DNA of 64,000 nt from Planctomycetota bacterium (GTDB lineage: Bacteria; Planctomycetota; UBA1135; UBA2386). The notes under the pieces are model-generated. The model searched no databases. It saw only the letters and a program-made list of their open reading frames with translations, and was not told the origin of the DNA. The stretch covers positions 64,325 through 128,324 of the forward strand of contig JBFXDD010000008.1 of assembly GCA_050181465.1 (NCBI GenBank), written 5' to 3'. Positions 1 to 9,134 of this stretch are shown in pieces. A program made the position numbers and the translations under genes. Positions within the stretch are counted from its first letter, which is position 1. Each line of letters starts with the position of its first letter.

Positions 1-403
1 CGGTCGTACGACGGCTCACCGTCAGTCGATGGAGCGCAACATGATCTGCTCCATCATCAAGCATGAGCGGATCGTGACCACCCTGGCCAAGGCGAAGGCG
101 ATTCGGCGTGATCTCGAGAAGATGATCACGTTGGGCAAGCAGAAGGACGTCGCACGGGTTCGTCGCGCGGTGTCCTACCTTCGCGACCGCGAAGCGGCCC
201 AGAAGCTGTTCGACGAACTGGGCCCGCGCTATGCGTCCCGGCCGGGTGGCTACAGCCGGGTGGTGCGCCTGGCCGAGCGCCGCATCGGTGACGGCACCGA
301 GCGAGCGATCCTGGAGCTGGTGGACAACCAGGTGCTGGCCAACCAGCTCGCGGCTCGCGAAGCCGAGGCCGCCGAGACCGAGACCACCGACGACGAAGAG
401 TGA
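1..403 (+). CDS. rplQ: 50S ribosomal protein L17 (5' end outside window)
   Basis: The frame is open from nt 2 (GRTTAHRQSMERNM...) and matches the conserved L17 N-terminal region. Track ORF 29..403 is only the in-window Met-to-stop part. An acidic tail precedes TGA at 401-403. Confidence 0.93.
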   Translation, partial: GRTTAHRQSMERNMICSIIKHERIVTTLAKAKAIRRDLEKMITLGKQKDVARVRRAVSYLRDREAAQKLFDELGPRYASRPGGYSRVVRLAERRIGDGTERAILELVDNQVLANQLAAREAEAAETETTDDEE

Positions 404-410
404 GCTCCAA

Positions 411-433
411 GCGGGCCGCCCCACGCGGTCCGC
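411..433. terminator. GC-rich hairpin in the 36-nt gap between convergent rplQ and dnaE
   Basis: GCGGGCCGC (411-419) pairs with GCGGTCCGC (425-433). This gives a 9 bp stem with one G-U and a 5-nt loop. There is no U-tract, so a terminator role is only inferred from position. Confidence 0.3.
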
Positions 434-439
434 GACGGT

Positions 440-3400
440 TCAGCGCCTGGAGAATCGAAGGTTCTCCGGGCCCACGAGGGTGGCCAGATCGTCGATGAGT
501 TCGTCGTCGATCCGGACGGAGAAGCGAGAGTCGGCTCGAACAAGGTGGACTCCATCGTCCTCTTCGACTTCGAGCACCAATCGGTGGTTTCCCCGTGAGC
601 GCTTCGACGCCTCTTCCAGCGGCGTGAGGAGTCGGTCCGCAGGGATCGCGGCCGGCAGCCGGACGATCAGGTTTGCCACCTCACGAGCAGCAATGTCGTC
701 GGCGCCTTCGACCGACTCGCACAAGAGACCGATCTCTTCCCCATTGCGCTCCACCTTGCCGGTGACGAACACGATCGCGTCGTCGCTCAGGCGGTGACGC
801 ACCTTCTCGAACCCGCGTGCGAACACGACCACGGGAATCACGCCGTCGAGATCCTCGAGCTGGAACCTGGCCATCTTCTGGCCGGCGCTCCGCCCCGACT
901 TCACGACGAGGATGCGGAGTCCGCTGATCATTCCGGCGATCCGAACCTGGGTTCCGGTCTCGCGCTCTGCGAGTGCTCTCGTGGTGCAACCGGCGAGCCG
1001 CGCGAAGAACTTGCCGCGCCGCTCGAAGGGGTGGCCCGAGAGGTAGAACCCGATCGCTTCTTTCTCATTGGCGAGGCGTTCGAGCTCGCTCCACTCTGCA
1101 GCACGCTGTTCCCGACGATCCGTCGGCTTCGGCGGTGGTTCCGCCAGGTCGAACAAGCTGCGTTGTCCCGCAGCTCGATCGCGTCGCACGACGGCAGCGG
1201 CACGCATCGCAGATTCGAGGCCCGCGATCGAGCTCTTGCGGGTTGCCTCGATCGAGTCGAATGCGCCGGCCTTCACGAGCGCCTCGAGTGCCCCTTTGTT
1301 CACGTTCTGAGTGTCTTGCCGTTCGCAGAGATTCTCGATCGAGAGATACTCGCCGGACTTCCTGCGCTCACTCTCGATGCCCTCCGAGAGCCGCGAGCCG
1401 ACGCCCTTGATCGCGGACAGACCGAATCGAATCGATCGATCCTCGACCAGGAAGCGTGCTCCACTTCGATTCACGTCCGGTCCCAGCACGCGCACGTTCA
1501 TGCGGCGGGCTTCGTCAGCAAACTCCTTGAGCTTGTCCGAGTTCGAACTTTCGACCGTCATGTTCGCGGCCAGGAACTCGACTGGGTAGTGGGCCTTGAG
1601 CCAAGCGGTCTGGTAGGTGACCAGCGCGTAGGCAGCGGAATGCGACTTGTTGAAGCCGTAGCCCGCGAAGTACTCCATGGTCTCGAACAGTTCGCGAGCC
1701 CAGCGACCGTCGTGGCCCTTCGCAGTCGCACCGGAGACGAACTTCTCTTTGAACTTCGCCATCTCCTCGGGCTTCTTCTTGCCCATCGCCTTGCGAAGCG
1801 AGTCGGCCTCGTTCATCGAGAAGTTGCCGATCGCATTCGAGATGCGCATCACCTGCTCCTGGTAGACGATGACTCCGTAGGTCTCTTCGAGAATGTCGCG
1901 GGTGTCCTCGTGCGGATAGACGACCGGCTCCTCGCCGTGCTTGCGGCGCACGAACATGTCCACCATTCCGGAGCTGAGCGGCCCTGGTCGATACAAGGCG
2001 AGCACGGCGATGACGTCCTCGAAGGTATCCGGCCGCAATCGCCCCAGGAGGTCGCGCATTCCTGAGGATTCGAGCTGGAACACCCCGAGTGTCTCGCCGC
2101 GGGTGATCAGCGCATAGGTGGCCGAGTCGTCGAGCGGAAGCTTGTCGAGATCGATCTCCTTGCCGTGGATCTCGAGAATCAGTCGGCGGCACTCCTCGAG
2201 GATGGTCAGGGTCTTGAGTCCGAGGAAGTCGACCTTCAGCAGTCCGACTTGCTCCAGCTCGGTCATCTGCCACTGGGTGGTGATGTCGTCACCGTTCTTG
2301 CAGAGCGGCACGTAGTCGCGCAGTGGTCGATCAGCGACAACGACGCCCGCTGCGTGTACCGAACTGTGTCGCGCCAGTCCTTCCAGCTTGAGTCCCAGGT
2401 CGAACAGCCGTTGATTGGCTTCGCTGGACTTCCTGATCTGCTCCAGCTCGGGGTCGGCCTCCAGTCCCTTCTGTAGCGAGGCGCCCGGACCTTGGGGGAC
2501 CTTCTTCGCGATCTTGTCGATCTCGCCGAGATCGAAGCCCAGGACGCGACCGACGTCGCGCAGCACACCGCGGCTCGCCATCGTGCCGAAGGTCACGATC
2601 TGCGACACGCAGTCCTCGCCGTACTTGTCGCGCACGTAGCGGATCACCTCATCGCGCCGGTTCCCGCAGAAGTCGACGTCGATGTCCGGCATGCTCACGC
2701 GCGACGCGTTGAGAAAGCGCTCGAACAGCAGGTTGTAGGCGAGCGGATCGAGGTTCGTGATCCCGAGCGAGTAGGCGACGATCGAACCGGCGGCGGAACC
2801 TCGCCCAGGTCCGACCGGAATCCCCTTCGACCGCGCGTGCGCGATGAAGTCGGCGGTGATGAGAAAGTAGCTCGCGAAGCCGAGCTTCCTGATGACGTCG
2901 ATCTCGTACTCGAGTCGAGCACGGATGCGGTCATCGATCGCGCCGTAGCGCTGTTGTGCTCCTGCGAAGCAGAGCCGCTCGAACAGCTGATCCGGGGTCT
3001 CTTCGGTGCCGGTGTGGAAGACCGGCAGGTGGTAGACGTTGAAGGGGATGTCGACCGAGCATCGTTCGGCGATCGCGAGCGTGTTCGACAGAGCCTGCGG
3101 CAAATGGGCGAAGGTGTTGCGCATCACCTCGCGCGACTTGAACCACAGTTCGCGGGACGCCGCTCGATAACGTTCAGGATCGTTGAGGGTCTTGCCGCTG
3201 CGGATACAGGACATGATGTCCTGCGCGATCCAGTCCTGCGGACTCACGTAGTGGACGTCGTTCGTGGCGACGATCGGCACTTGCATCCGTTCGTGGATGC
3301 GAAGGAGGTCGTCGTTGATGCGTCGCTGTGCTTCGACGCCGGTCTCCTGGATCTCGAGGTAGACGTTCTCCTGGCCGAACAGATCTCTGAGCTCCCCGAC

Positions 3401-3877
3401 CGTGCGGCAAGCCTGTGCGGTGTCGCCGGCGTTCAGCAGCCGTGGGATCTCGCCGGTCAGATCGCCGGTCAACGCGATGAGGCCTTCGGCGTGCGCGGCC
3501 AGCGCGTCGCGATCCACCCGCGGCCGGTAGTAGAAGCCCTCGAGGAAGCCGATGCTCGACAGCTTCTTGAGGTTGTCCCAGCCGGTTGCGTCGCGCGCGA
3601 GCAATACGAGCTGGTAGTTCGGGTTGGTGGTGTTGGTCGGCTCCTTCCGCGTTCGGCCCGCCACGAACGTCGTCATGCCCAGGATGGGCTTGACGTTCTC
3701 GGCCTTGCAGGCGCGATAGAACTCGACGGCGCCGTAGAGGTTGCCGTCGTCGGTCAAGCCCAGTGCGCCCTGACCGTCCGCCGCTGCGGCCTTCACCAGC
3801 GCCTTCACCCGCACCGGCGCGTTGAGCAGGCTGTAGTGGCTATGCGTGCGCAGGTGAACGAAGTCGGCAACCGTCAT
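440..3877 (-). CDS. dnaE: DNA polymerase III alpha subunit
   Basis: 1145-aa ORF. It has an N-terminal PHP domain (HLRTHSHYSLL), the pol III alpha core and a C-terminal OB-fold region. Length is typical of DnaE. Confidence 0.97.
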   Translation of the reverse strand: MTVADFVHLRTHSHYSLLNAPVRVKALVKAAAADGQGALGLTDDGNLYGAVEFYRACKAENVKPILGMTTFVAGRTRKEPTNTTNPNYQLVLLARDATGWDNLKKLSSIGFLEGFYYRPRVDRDALAAHAEGLIALTGDLTGEIPRLLNAGDTAQACRTVGELRDLFGQENVYLEIQETGVEAQRRINDDLLRIHERMQVPIVATNDVHYVSPQDWIAQDIMSCIRSGKTLNDPERYRAASRELWFKSREVMRNTFAHLPQALSNTLAIAERCSVDIPFNVYHLPVFHTGTEETPDQLFERLCFAGAQQRYGAIDDRIRARLEYEIDVIRKLGFASYFLITADFIAHARSKGIPVGPGRGSAAGSIVAYSLGITNLDPLAYNLLFERFLNASRVSMPDIDVDFCGNRRDEVIRYVRDKYGEDCVSQIVTFGTMASRGVLRDVGRVLGFDLGEIDKIAKKVPQGPGASLQKGLEADPELEQIRKSSEANQRLFDLGLKLEGLARHSSVHAAGVVVADRPLRDYVPLCKNGDDITTQWQMTELEQVGLLKVDFLGLKTLTILEECRRLILEIHGKEIDLDKLPLDDSATYALITRGETLGVFQLESSGMRDLLGRLRPDTFEDVIAVLALYRPGPLSSGMVDMFVRRKHGEEPVVYPHEDTRDILEETYGVIVYQEQVMRISNAIGNFSMNEADSLRKAMGKKKPEEMAKFKEKFVSGATAKGHDGRWARELFETMEYFAGYGFNKSHSAAYALVTYQTAWLKAHYPVEFLAANMTVESSNSDKLKEFADEARRMNVRVLGPDVNRSGARFLVEDRSIRFGLSAIKGVGSRLSEGIESERRKSGEYLSIENLCERQDTQNVNKGALEALVKAGAFDSIEATRKSSIAGLESAMRAAAVVRRDRAAGQRSLFDLAEPPPKPTDRREQRAAEWSELERLANEKEAIGFYLSGHPFERRGKFFARLAGCTTRALAERETGTQVRIAGMISGLRILVVKSGRSAGQKMARFQLEDLDGVIPVVVFARGFEKVRHRLSDDAIVFVTGKVERNGEEIGLLCESVEGADDIAAREVANLIVRLPAAIPADRLLTPLEEASKRSRGNHRLVLEVEEDDGVHLVRADSRFSVRIDDELIDDLATLVGPENLRFSRR

Positions 3878-3976
3878 GGCTCGAGAGCGACGCGCAGGTC
3901 GATTCGCGATCGACGAGTCCGCATCGATCGCCTCAGCATAGGTCGGCCGCGCAGCGAAGTCAGCGCGCGCGAGCTG

Positions 3977-5365
3977 TCAGCCGTCGTTGACGGTTGCCTT
4001 CGACGGCAGCTCCTGATCGTGAGCTCGCAAGAGGCCCATGCGCCGACCCACTTTCTCGAAGGAATCGATGACCCGCTGGCACTGCGCGGGAGTGTGCGCA
4101 GCCATGTACGACGACCGAACGAGATCCATTCCCTTCGGCACGGCGGGCCCGGTGACCGGATTCGTGAACACCCCGGCTTCGAACAGTTGCTTCCAGAACA
4201 GGAAGAGTTGGTCCTGGTTGCCGATGATGACCGGGACGATGGGGGTCTCGGTGCGGCCGACCCGGAATCCGAGGTCCTCCAGGCCGTCGCGCACCATCGT
4301 CGCCCGCTGCATCACATCTGCGCGCAGGCCCGGTTCCCGCTCGATCACATCCAGTGCTGCGAGTGCCGCAGCAGCCGCACTGGGCGGGATCGAAGCCGAG
4401 AAGATCAGCGACCGCGCATGGTGCTTGATGTAGTGGATCACCGACTCCGGTCCGGCAACGAAACCGCCGAGGCTGGCGAAACTCTTGCTGAAAGTGCCGA
4501 GAACCAAGTCGACCTGCGACTCGACCTTGCAGTGTTCCGCAGCGCCGCGGCCGTGCGCACCGAGTACGCCTGCCGAGTGCGCTTCGTCGACCAGCACGCG
4601 TGCCCCATAGCGTCGCGCCAGTTCGACGATCCGAGGCAGGTTCGCGATCTCGCCCATCATCGAGAACACTCCGTCCACGATGATCAGGCGGCCGCGGACG
4701 TTGTCCTCCAGGCTCGCCTCGAGTTGCCGCTCGAGGTCGCCCATGTCCTCGTGCCGGTACTTCCGCAGTTCGGCGAAACTGAGTCGGCAGCCGTCGAATA
4801 TGGACGCGTGGTTCTCACGGTCGCAGAAGATGACGTCGTCGCGGCCGCACAAGGCGGAGATCACGCCGAGGTTGGTCTGGAAGCCGGTCGAGAAGCACAG
4901 CGCGGCCTCTCGGTCGAGAAAGCGGGCGAGCCGACGCTCGAGTTCTTCATGCAACTCCAACGTTCCGTTGAGGAAGCGTGAACCGGTGCAGGAGGTACCG
5001 AATCGTTCGACGGCATCGCGCGCGGCAGCGATGACCTCGGGCCGGTGGGTGAGCCCGAGGTAGTTGTTGCTGCCGGCCATGATCAGGCGGCGGCCGTTGA
5101 TCTCGACTTCCGTGCCTTCGCTGTCGGTGATGGGGATGAAGTACGGATACATCCCGAGCGCCTGCACTTGCCGCGCCCGTGTGAAGCCGTCACACTTGTC
5201 GAAGAGGTCCAACGTTCGAAGTCGAGAAGCCGGTCGGCGCGCGGCTGCGTTCGCAACCGAGCCGAGCAAAAACCCTACGTTAGACGTGGCCGCATCCTTG
5301 GACAATTCTTTCGCCGGACCACTCCCGACCGGCCCGGTCCTGCTGACCGGGGCGACCGGGTTCAT
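3977..5365 (-). CDS. PLP-dependent alpha-oxoamine synthase, serine palmitoyltransferase-like
   Basis: Motifs seen: GSNNYLGL, GSRFLNGT, VDEAHSAG, PLP-lysine motif GTFSKSF, IFSASIPPS, and a C-terminal AAHTPAQCQ resembling bacterial Spt. The ATG at 5365 would overlap the divergent neighbour, so the start is uncertain (alternative TTG near 5269). Confidence 0.8.
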   Translation of the reverse strand: MNPVAPVSRTGPVGSGPAKELSKDAATSNVGFLLGSVANAAARRPASRLRTLDLFDKCDGFTRARQVQALGMYPYFIPITDSEGTEVEINGRRLIMAGSNNYLGLTHRPEVIAAARDAVERFGTSCTGSRFLNGTLELHEELERRLARFLDREAALCFSTGFQTNLGVISALCGRDDVIFCDRENHASIFDGCRLSFAELRKYRHEDMGDLERQLEASLEDNVRGRLIIVDGVFSMMGEIANLPRIVELARRYGARVLVDEAHSAGVLGAHGRGAAEHCKVESQVDLVLGTFSKSFASLGGFVAGPESVIHYIKHHARSLIFSASIPPSAAAAALAALDVIEREPGLRADVMQRATMVRDGLEDLGFRVGRTETPIVPVIIGNQDQLFLFWKQLFEAGVFTNPVTGPAVPKGMDLVRSSYMAAHTPAQCQRVIDSFEKVGRRMGLLRAHDQELPSKATVNDG

Positions 5366-6341
5366 CGGTGCGGTGGTCCTGCGCCGGCTGCGAGCGCTCG
5401 GTGTCGAGGTGAGGTGCTTGGTGCGCGATTCCGCGCGCGCGGCGAGGGCGGGGATCCCGACGGAGATTCAGCGGCTCGGCGACCTGGCCGACCCAGCGGC
5501 GGTGCGCGATGCGGCCGCCGGCGTCGCCAGCGTGCTTCACCTCGCAGGAGCGACCAAGTCGCTCGACGACGCCGGTTTCGAGCGCGCCAACGCCCACGGC
5601 GTGCAGACGCTGGCCGAGGTCACTCCCGACGGCGCGCGCTTCGTTCTGGTCTCGTCGCTGGCCGCGGTCGGACCGAGCCGGGACGGCGCCGCGACGGTTC
5701 GGCCGTCGAACGAAGCCACTCCGGTCTCCCGCTACGGGGCGAGCAAGCTGCGTGGGGAGCTGAAGCTCCTCGAGCACCGGGAGCGGCTCGACTGGTGCAT
5801 TCTGCGCCCGCCGATCGTCTACGGCCCCAACGACGACGGCACGCTGCTCCTGATCAAGCAGGCGCTCGGTTGGTTGGCGCCGGTGCCGACGCCACCGCGG
5901 CCGCTGTCGCTGATCCACGTCGAGGACTTGGCGTTGGCGTTGCTCCTCGCGCTGGGGCGGCGCGGAGTGCCCGGCTACTTCCCCACCGACGGCGCGGAAC
6001 GCAGCGACACGACCGCGCTCGTGCGCACGATCGCGAGGCTGGCGGGGCGACATGCTCGCCCGCTGCCCCTGCCGATGCTGCTCGCCCGCGCGGCCGGGCA
6101 CGTCGCCGACGTGTTTCATCGTTGGCGAGGGAAGCCGTCGTTCTTCTGCGCCGACAAGATGCGCGAGGCGAGCGCACCTGGTTGGGTTGCGGATCGGGAG
6201 GCGATTCTCGCCGCGCTCGGCTTTGCTCCCAGGATCGACTTGGCGGCAGGCTTCGGTCCGCTGCTCGGGCGACGGATTGCGGCGCCGACCGGCGCGGCGA
6301 CGGTTCAGGCCGCCGACAGTCCTGCTGGGCGGAGCGCGTAG
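5286..6341 (+). CDS. NAD-dependent epimerase/dehydratase (extended SDR) family protein
   Basis: Rossmann motif LLTGATGFIGAVV lies near the N-terminus. The listed ORF start 5064 runs antisense through the neighbouring gene, so it was trimmed to GTG 5286 (TTG 5298 is also possible). The 3' end overlaps convergent DoxX by 37 nt. Confidence 0.78.
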   Translation: MAASLDNSFAGPLPTGPVLLTGATGFIGAVVLRRLRALGVEVRCLVRDSARAARAGIPTEIQRLGDLADPAAVRDAAAGVASVLHLAGATKSLDDAGFERANAHGVQTLAEVTPDGARFVLVSSLAAVGPSRDGAATVRPSNEATPVSRYGASKLRGELKLLEHRERLDWCILRPPIVYGPNDDGTLLLIKQALGWLAPVPTPPRPLSLIHVEDLALALLLALGRRGVPGYFPTDGAERSDTTALVRTIARLAGRHARPLPLPMLLARAAGHVADVFHRWRGKPSFFCADKMREASAPGWVADREAILAALGFAPRIDLAAGFGPLLGRRIAAPTGAATVQAADSPAGRSA

Positions 6342-6733
6342 CGTCCGGGGCCGAGCGCACCGAGTCCGAGTGCGACGACGGCCAGCGTCAGCGGATACTC
6401 CATCCCGCCCTTGGTGACATCGAAACCGCTGTGGGCGGTGAAGCTCGCCACCAGCATCGTGAAGGCGAGAGGCAGGGCCAGCAGCGGTTGGAAGAGGCCG
6501 GTGATGAAGGCCAGTCCGCCGAGGAACTCCGTGGCTCCGGCGAGCGTGGCGCTCACCGTCGGCATGGGAATTCCGATGGATTCCATCCAACCGGCGGTGC
6601 CGCTGATGCCGTAGCCGCCGAAGAGGCCGAAGAGCTTCTGGCTGCCGTGGAAGACGAAGACGATGCCGACGAAGACGCGCATCGCCAGGAGAGCGAGGTC
6701 CGAACGAGACGAGGGTGAGGCTTTGGAGGTCAT
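6305..6733 (-). CDS. DoxX family membrane protein
   Basis: 142 aa with four hydrophobic segments. The DoxX-like pattern RVFVGIVFVFHGSQKLFG...GGLAFITG is present. Confidence 0.85.
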   Translation of the reverse strand: MTSKASPSSRSDLALLAMRVFVGIVFVFHGSQKLFGLFGGYGISGTAGWMESIGIPMPTVSATLAGATEFLGGLAFITGLFQPLLALPLAFTMLVASFTAHSGFDVTKGGMEYPLTLAVVALGLGALGPGRYALRPAGLSAA

Positions 6734-6900
6734 GGGATCGTTGGGCTTGGTGGTTGGGTCAGGGTCGAGAAGCCGAGTTCGGCGAGCGGGTGTTGTCCCG
6801 AATGTTGTGACAACAGGTAAAGGGCTGAACTACGGCGGAGCTTGTCGTGGAGTTTCGTCGAGAACGGGAAGGTCCTCGAGTGCGATCGAGGCGGTCGCGG

Positions 6901-7362
6901 TCAGCGGTGGCCGGCGAGGGCCTCCCGAAGGCGTCGTCCGAGTTGATCGAGTGCGGTGCGGCTCATGTGTGCGAAGTGGCGGTCATGCTCTTCGAGCACG
7001 GGCGCGCGGAGTTCGTCGGCGACTCGTCGCCCTTTCGGGGTCACCCTCACCAACACGACGCGGCGATCGCTCTCCGAGCGCTCCCGCGTGACCAGTCCGG
7101 CAGCTTCCATGCGATCGAGAAGCCGTGTGACGTCCGGGACCCGATGGAGAAGTCGGTCGCCGACATATTGGCAAGGCACGCCCTCCTTGGGGCCGCCGAG
7201 CACGATTCGCAGGACGTTGAACCAGGCGGACGTGATCCCGTGTTCGGCGAAGAGGGTCGCCATCTTGGAGGTGAGGAGCTCGTGCAGGCGAACCAGGTCC
7301 AAGAAGGCGTCTCGCGCCAGCGTGTCTTCGGATGATGTCGGCACGTCCCGAATATAGGTCAA
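6901..7362 (-). CDS. MarR family transcriptional regulator
   Basis: 153 aa with a winged-helix region: VTRLLDRMEAAGLVTRERSESDRRVVLVRVTPKG. The start codon is TTG at 7360-7362. Confidence 0.9.
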   Translation of the reverse strand: MTYIRDVPTSSEDTLARDAFLDLVRLHELLTSKMATLFAEHGITSAWFNVLRIVLGGPKEGVPCQYVGDRLLHRVPDVTRLLDRMEAAGLVTRERSESDRRVVLVRVTPKGRRVADELRAPVLEEHDRHFAHMSRTALDQLGRRLREALAGHR

Positions 7363-7389
7363 CCAAAGTCTGTTGCAACAAATATTGGT
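7362..7389. promoter_or_regulatory. Imperfect 28-bp palindrome; candidate MarR operator
   Basis: ACCAA-AGTC-TGTTG|CAACA-AATA-TTGGT. The core TGTTGCAACA (7371-7380) is a perfect 10-bp palindrome. The palindrome abuts the marR-like start codon. Function is inferred only. Confidence 0.3.
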
Positions 7390-7775
7390 CTGTCTGGGTT
7401 CTCGGCCCGGCCGCCGCCGGCGACTTGGTGCGCTCTCGGCCGCCGCAGGCGGTCACTCGTCGCGGGGGGCATGGACTCACGATCGATGTCCCGCGCCTCG
7501 ATGGCTGGCGGCTGCCGGCCCCGGGAATCTCCGCCCGGTCGGCGGTAGGCCGCCAGACGGCCGCAGCGTGCCGAGGTCCGTTCGAACGGCGGCACCGATT
7601 CCACGAATCGCCCCGGCAATCGGCCAAGTTGGTGGGCGGCCGGCTCGGGACGAACCGAGGATTGGGGGCGCAGCGCGCGCGGGGAATCGGTAGGGCGACC
7701 GGAGTGCTGCTCCCGTCGCGACCAGCGATGCGCTCCAGGTTTGGCGATACGGACCGTTGCGGTTGCTCCGAGGTG

Positions 7776-8990
7776 ATGAACCCGATCCCAGCCACCGACA
7801 CGTCGGTACCCGAATGCCGCGATGGGTTCGACGGATCCTGGATTGCATCGGAGCGGTGCGATGAGACTCACCGGCCGACGGACCTCGCGCACGCATCGCA
7901 TCTGCCGCCCGCGCCGGGTATAGGTCGCGGCACTTTGGCGACCACCCCGCAGCCCTTCCTCCAGTTCCTCGCTCGCAACTACCAGAACTTCAACGCGCGC
8001 AGCACGCGTGATGCGACCTTCGCCTACTGGGATCACATCCGATCGGGTGGCCGGATGTATTGGGCGATGGCGGGTGCGATGTCCTCCGCGCGGCTCGGGA
8101 TCACGCTCGCGCCGGCGATCCGCGCCGGACTCGTGCACGGCTTGTCGGTCACCGGCGCCAACCTCGAGGAGTCCCTCTTTCGGCTGGTCGCGCACGACAG
8201 CTACAAGGACTTCCCGGACTATCGATACCTCACCAAGGCCGACGACACCGCGATCCTCGCGCAACGGATGCGGCGCGTGACCGACACCAGCATCCCGGAG
8301 GACGAAGCCTTCCGGGCGGTCGAGAAGATTCTGGTCCCGATGTGGAAGCAGGCAAGCGAGACCGGGGCGCGTCGGTTCTGGCACGAGTACTTCTACGAAC
8401 TGGTGCAGAAGCTCGGCAAGAAGCACTACAAGGGGGACCCCGCCGAGTGCTGGCTGCTTGCCGCGGCAGAGGCCAATCTGCCGATGGTGGTGCCCGGCCA
8501 CGAAGACTCCACCTTCGGCAACATCTTCGCGTCGCATGTGAAGTTCGGGGACTGCTCCGCCAGCATCGTGAAGTCGGGCATCGAATACATGACCCAGCTC
8601 TACGATGACTATGCGGTGCTCTCGAAGGGCAAGGGGATCGGCTTCTTCCAGATCGGCGGCGGCATTGCTGGGGACTTCCCGATCTGCGTCGTGCCGTCGA
8701 TCAAGTACGACCTCGAACGACCGGTGAAGCCCTGGGCGTACTTCTGCCAGATCAGCGATTCCACGACGTCCTACGGCTCGTATTCCGGTGCCACACCGAA
8801 CGAGAAGATCACGTGGGACAAGCTGACGGAGGACACGCCGATGTTCGTCATCGAGTCCGATGCGACGATCGTCGTGCCGCTCGTGCTGACCGCTCTGTTG
8901 GAATGCCAGGCCGATCCCGCCGCCGCGAATTCACTGATTCAGCGCGCCCGCGCGGAAGCCAAGAAGCGGTTGGCACGCCGATCGACCTGA
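7776..8990 (+). CDS. Deoxyhypusine synthase-like (homospermidine synthase-like) protein
   Basis: DHS-family motifs seen: NFNARS..., AMAGAMSSARLG, SVTGANLEES, VVPGHEDSTFGN, FQIGGGIAGDFP, GSYSGATPNEKITWDK. The start is uncertain: ATG 7776, or TTG 7935 giving a 351-aa product. The listed start 7332 is implausible. Confidence 0.82.
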   Translation: MNPIPATDTSVPECRDGFDGSWIASERCDETHRPTDLAHASHLPPAPGIGRGTLATTPQPFLQFLARNYQNFNARSTRDATFAYWDHIRSGGRMYWAMAGAMSSARLGITLAPAIRAGLVHGLSVTGANLEESLFRLVAHDSYKDFPDYRYLTKADDTAILAQRMRRVTDTSIPEDEAFRAVEKILVPMWKQASETGARRFWHEYFYELVQKLGKKHYKGDPAECWLLAAAEANLPMVVPGHEDSTFGNIFASHVKFGDCSASIVKSGIEYMTQLYDDYAVLSKGKGIGFFQIGGGIAGDFPICVVPSIKYDLERPVKPWAYFCQISDSTTSYGSYSGATPNEKITWDKLTEDTPMFVIESDATIVVPLVLTALLECQADPAAANSLIQRARAEAKKRLARRST

Positions 8991-9134
8991 GCGGCAGAGC
9001 GGAACCCCCCGGCGAGTCGCGTAGGGCCGGAATCGCCAACAAGGCGCTCCCGCCCGGGATTGCGTGTCGGAGATGCAATGGCCGTGATGGGCTGCGGATT
9101 CGCGCGCGGTCGAGGGCTATGGTTCGCACTCCGC

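Noticed and set aside
5064-5285. N-terminal extension of the epimerase ORF, and the 557-aa ORF 5045..6718.
   Set aside because: The extension is antisense to the Spt-like gene. The Rossmann motif that normally sits within ~10 residues of the start occurs only after GTG 5286. ORF 5045..6718 is an Arg/Gly/Ala-rich alternative frame.
7373-7896. ORFs 7373..7693 (+), 7477..7896 (-) and 7359..8537 (-) in or near the marR/DHS intergenic region.
   Set aside because: Composition is Arg/Pro/Gly/Ala-rich and they overlap one another. 7359..8537 is antisense to the motif-rich DHS-like gene.
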